A DNA stretch of 63,051 nucleotides, filler included, from Stramenopiles sp. TOSAG23-6 (lineage: Eukaryota): NCBI GenBank assembly GCA_900128565.1. It is 9 parts of 9 records of this genome, joined end to end, with 100 filler letters (N's around TTAATTAATTAA, not from the genome) between each part and the next. Parts side by side here need not be neighbours in the genome. Positions count along the whole stretch, not along the records: positions 56,175 to 63,051 come from LT636634.1; 8 more parts are not named here. One strand, written 5' to 3'. Of this stretch, positions 60,156 to 63,051 are shown piece by piece. The notes below the pieces were generated by a model. That model did not search any database. It had not been told where the DNA came from and worked only from the letters and a program-made list of their open reading frames with translations. The position numbers were made by a program, and so were the translations under genes. How positions within the stretch are numbered: position 1 is the first letter of the stretch; every line of letters starts with the position of its first letter.

Positions 60156-61578
60156 ATGGCCGAAGAAATAGAGAAACACGTACTTCGGAAATATGAAATT
60201 TGCCAGAAACTTGGAAAAGGTGTACGTTGCATTTTTTATACGAGTCTTCGTGTAGTCACATTCTACGTAATAGTTTTGTATGTTGGACACTAGAATTTAT
60301 ATTTTACAACTTCTAATTATACCATTATTTATCATATCATTTAGTAACAGGCATATGGCATAGTTTGGAAAGGTATCGAAAAAAAATCACGAACTACAGT
60401 TGCTTTAAAGAAGTGCTTTGATGCCTTTCGTAACGCCACTGATGCACAGAGGACATATCGAGAGGTCATGTACTTACAAGAGTTGGGACATCACGATAAT
60501 ATAATCAAGTTACTTAATATAATCAAATCTGAAAATGATAGAGACATATACCTTGTATTTAACTACATGGAAACTGATTTACATGCTGTAGTCAGAGCTT
60601 CGATTCTTGAAGACATCCACAAGCAATACATCATCTACCAATTATTAAAAGCATTAAAATATATGCATTCTGCAGAACTTTTACATCGAGATATTAAACC
60701 CTCAAATCTTCTATTGAACTCAGACTGTCATATACGAGTATGTGATTTTGGATTATGCCGATCGGTGAAAGAAATACAATCAGGACCTAATCCTGTACTG
60801 ACTGATTACGTTGCTACGCGTTGGTACCGGGCACCTGAAATTCTTCTTGGTTCAACTCATTATACCAAAGGTGTTGATATGTGGTCTTTAGGTTGTATTC
60901 TAGGTGAAATGCTTCTAGGAAGACCGGTTTCTCCAGGGACATCCACCATGAATCAATTAGATCGAATCATGTATGTTTTCATTTTATTTTTTTTTGAAAC
61001 TTTTTTTTCATACGAAATTTTGTACCTAACAAAATTTTTTAGATTTTTTTGAAATATTTTCTGAAATTTCATGGAAGTCACCGGACGGCCCACAAAGGAA
61101 GACATTTCTGCTATACGTTCACCATTTGCTGCTACAATGCTTGAAAATTTGCCTCCAACAAAACCCAGGCCATTAGCCGAAATTTTTTCAACTGCCTCTG
61201 CCGAGGCTCTCGATATGATGAGGTGCTGTCTAAGGTTCAATCCTGAAAAAAGAATATCATGTACGTTTTCATTTAATTTTTTTTTGAAACTTTTTTTTTT
61301 TTTTTTTTCATACGAAATTTTGTACCTAACAATTTTTTTTAGATTTTTTTGAAATATTTTCACAAAATACATGTGAGGAAGCATTACGACATCCATATGT
61401 TGCTAAATTTCACAACACGGAAGATGAACCAGTTACCGATGCACCAGTAACACTAAAAGTCGATGATAACAAAAAGTACTCCGCAGCCAGTTACAGAGAA
61501 AGACTCTATAAAGAAGTGAAGCGACGTAAACAAGAAGCTCGAAGAAGACGTCATCGACGAGAAAATGCGAGCCAGTGA
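60156..61578 (+). CDS. MAPK15: MAP kinase ERK7/MAPK15; canonical intron 60222-60350, GT-AT introns 60971-61072 and 61261-61372
   Basis: [61 protein letters not shown]. Confidence 0.95.
60971..61072 (+). other. Family intron, GT-AT
   Basis: ATC AT|GTATGT...TTTCAT|G GAA GTC; the TAG at 61040-61042 would give a stop. Confidence 0.88.
61261..61372 (+). other. Family intron, GT-AT
   Basis: TCA T|GTACGT...AAATACAT|GT GAG GAA GCA. Confidence 0.85.
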
Positions 61579-61825
61579 ACTAACAGCTACATTTTTTTGT
61601 TAGGTACAAAATTTACTACGAAACAAAAATAGTATATAGAATTATTCAACGTTTTATTCATAAAAAAGCAAATAATCAAAAATTTAAAATGATGAAAATA
61701 TTTAAATTTTATTATTTTGTTTTTTTCATGCACAATAATAAAATTTTTCAAGAGATGTTGAATAAAATCAAATTAATTAATGAGGTGATGTTTCAGCACC
61801 TTTTTGAACGTCTACTTAAATTAAT

Positions 61826-63051
61826 TTAATGAGGTGATGTTTCAGCACCTTTTTGAACGTCTACGGGTTGGCCAGTCGCACTTTCAGCTGTTTCCGTAAA
61901 TGGTGAATATTTAGCCAATTGTCTTACTGGTAACTTCATTGCATCTCTTCGAAAAGGATCACCCAATTCACGAGTTACCATTACCTCAATAATTGTTGTT
62001 TTTCCGTGTTTCATTTGATTTTCTTCGGCTTGTTGTAAAGCAGGTCCGACCTCTTCAATTGTATTTACAAGAATACCCTCAGCGCCCATTGATTTTGCAA
62101 TTTCTGCAAAGGATCCAACACGTGGTAAGTTAGTTCCAACATAACGATCACCAAACCATAATACTTGATTTTTTTTCTCAGCACCCCATTGACCGTTGTT
62201 AAAGACAACATGGATTATAAAAAATATTTCAAAAAAAAATCTAAAAAAATTTGTTAGGTACAAATTTTCAAAAAAAAAAAAAAAACATAAATTCAAAATT
62301 GAAATGAAAACGTACCTGTGTCATTGGAATATCTTCACGTACACAGGTGAGAACTTCACATAATTGCATACCCCATGCACCATCACCAGAATACCCCATG
62401 TATTATCAAAATATATTTTTTTTTTTTACAAAAATGAATTGTGTTAGATATGAAATGTTCATACAAAAAAATATTTTGAAAAAAACATTTTGGAGGGGAA
62501 AAAAAAACTTACATTGCAAAACGATCAGGATTCGCAATTTTTGCACCCATTGCTGCTGGAAAAGAATATCCGCAATTACCAAACGTCATTGCTCCAAGAA
62601 AGGATTTAGGTTCTTCAAATCTTAAATATGAGTTGGATACGGAACAAATATTTCCAATATCAGTCGCAACAATTGCACGTTTTGGCATAGCTTTTTCCAA
62701 TTCGCGCAAAACTGTTCGAGGTTTTAAAAACCCATCAGGGGCGTTTCCTTGTGACATTGACGTGAGTTCAGCTTCCCATTCTTCTTTAAATGCTGTCGCT
62801 GTCGCTAAACGTTCCGATTTCGTGTTTGTTGAGACAACATCAAGAGACAAAAGACGTTCAAAAATATCTTTTGTAGCTGGTTTTACATCTCCATTCACTC
62901 CTACATGAACATCCATGAATTTTGGAAAAATATTTCAAAATTTTCTAAAAAAAAAATTGTTAGGTACAAAATTTACTATAAAAAAAAAATCGATTTTTCT
63001 GTAAAAAAAAAAATAAAACATACATGGCAGGATTGTTTCCAACTCGTTTTG
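61826..63051 (-). CDS. xsc: Sulfoacetaldehyde acetyltransferase (ThDP-dependent), C-terminal part; GT-AT introns 62210-62315, 62398-62512, 62915-63023
   Basis: TDIGNICSVSNSYLRFE, FGNCGY, GDGAWGM, QWGAEKKNQ, TRELGDPFRRDAMK. Confidence 0.88.

Overview
AT-rich, gene-dense nuclear DNA of a unicellular eukaryote (probably a stramenopile-like protist; this is inference). The window is nine unrelated contigs of about 6.9 kb, sorted by decreasing length and joined by artificial N-TTAATTAATTAA-N spacers, so adjacency across spacers is meaningless. About 36 genes or gene fragments are readable, including APC10, RPN13, MMS19, WDR77, SKI3, TFIIS, RPL5, SMC3, Derlin, ThrRS, TEN1, MAPK15/ERK7, a TruB, a DPP4-family peptidase, a cNMP-gated K+ channel and a bacterial-type Xsc. 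Main discovery: most introns belong to one repeated family of about 90-190 nt with consensus GTAYGTTTT...TTTCGTACGAAATTTTGTACCTAAC...GAAATATTTTTCCAAAATACAT. Restoring reading frames and conserved protein motifs by hand gave 40 complete introns (mirrored copies counted once): 31 end in AT, 6 in AG and 3 in AA/CT/TT, and a few start AT or GA. They look like introner/MITE-derived, U2-type, non-canonical GT-AT introns that coexist with ordinary GT-AG introns. Splicing is inferred from DNA only and needs RNA confirmation. One contig (42181-49082) is a perfect palindrome and is probably an artifact.
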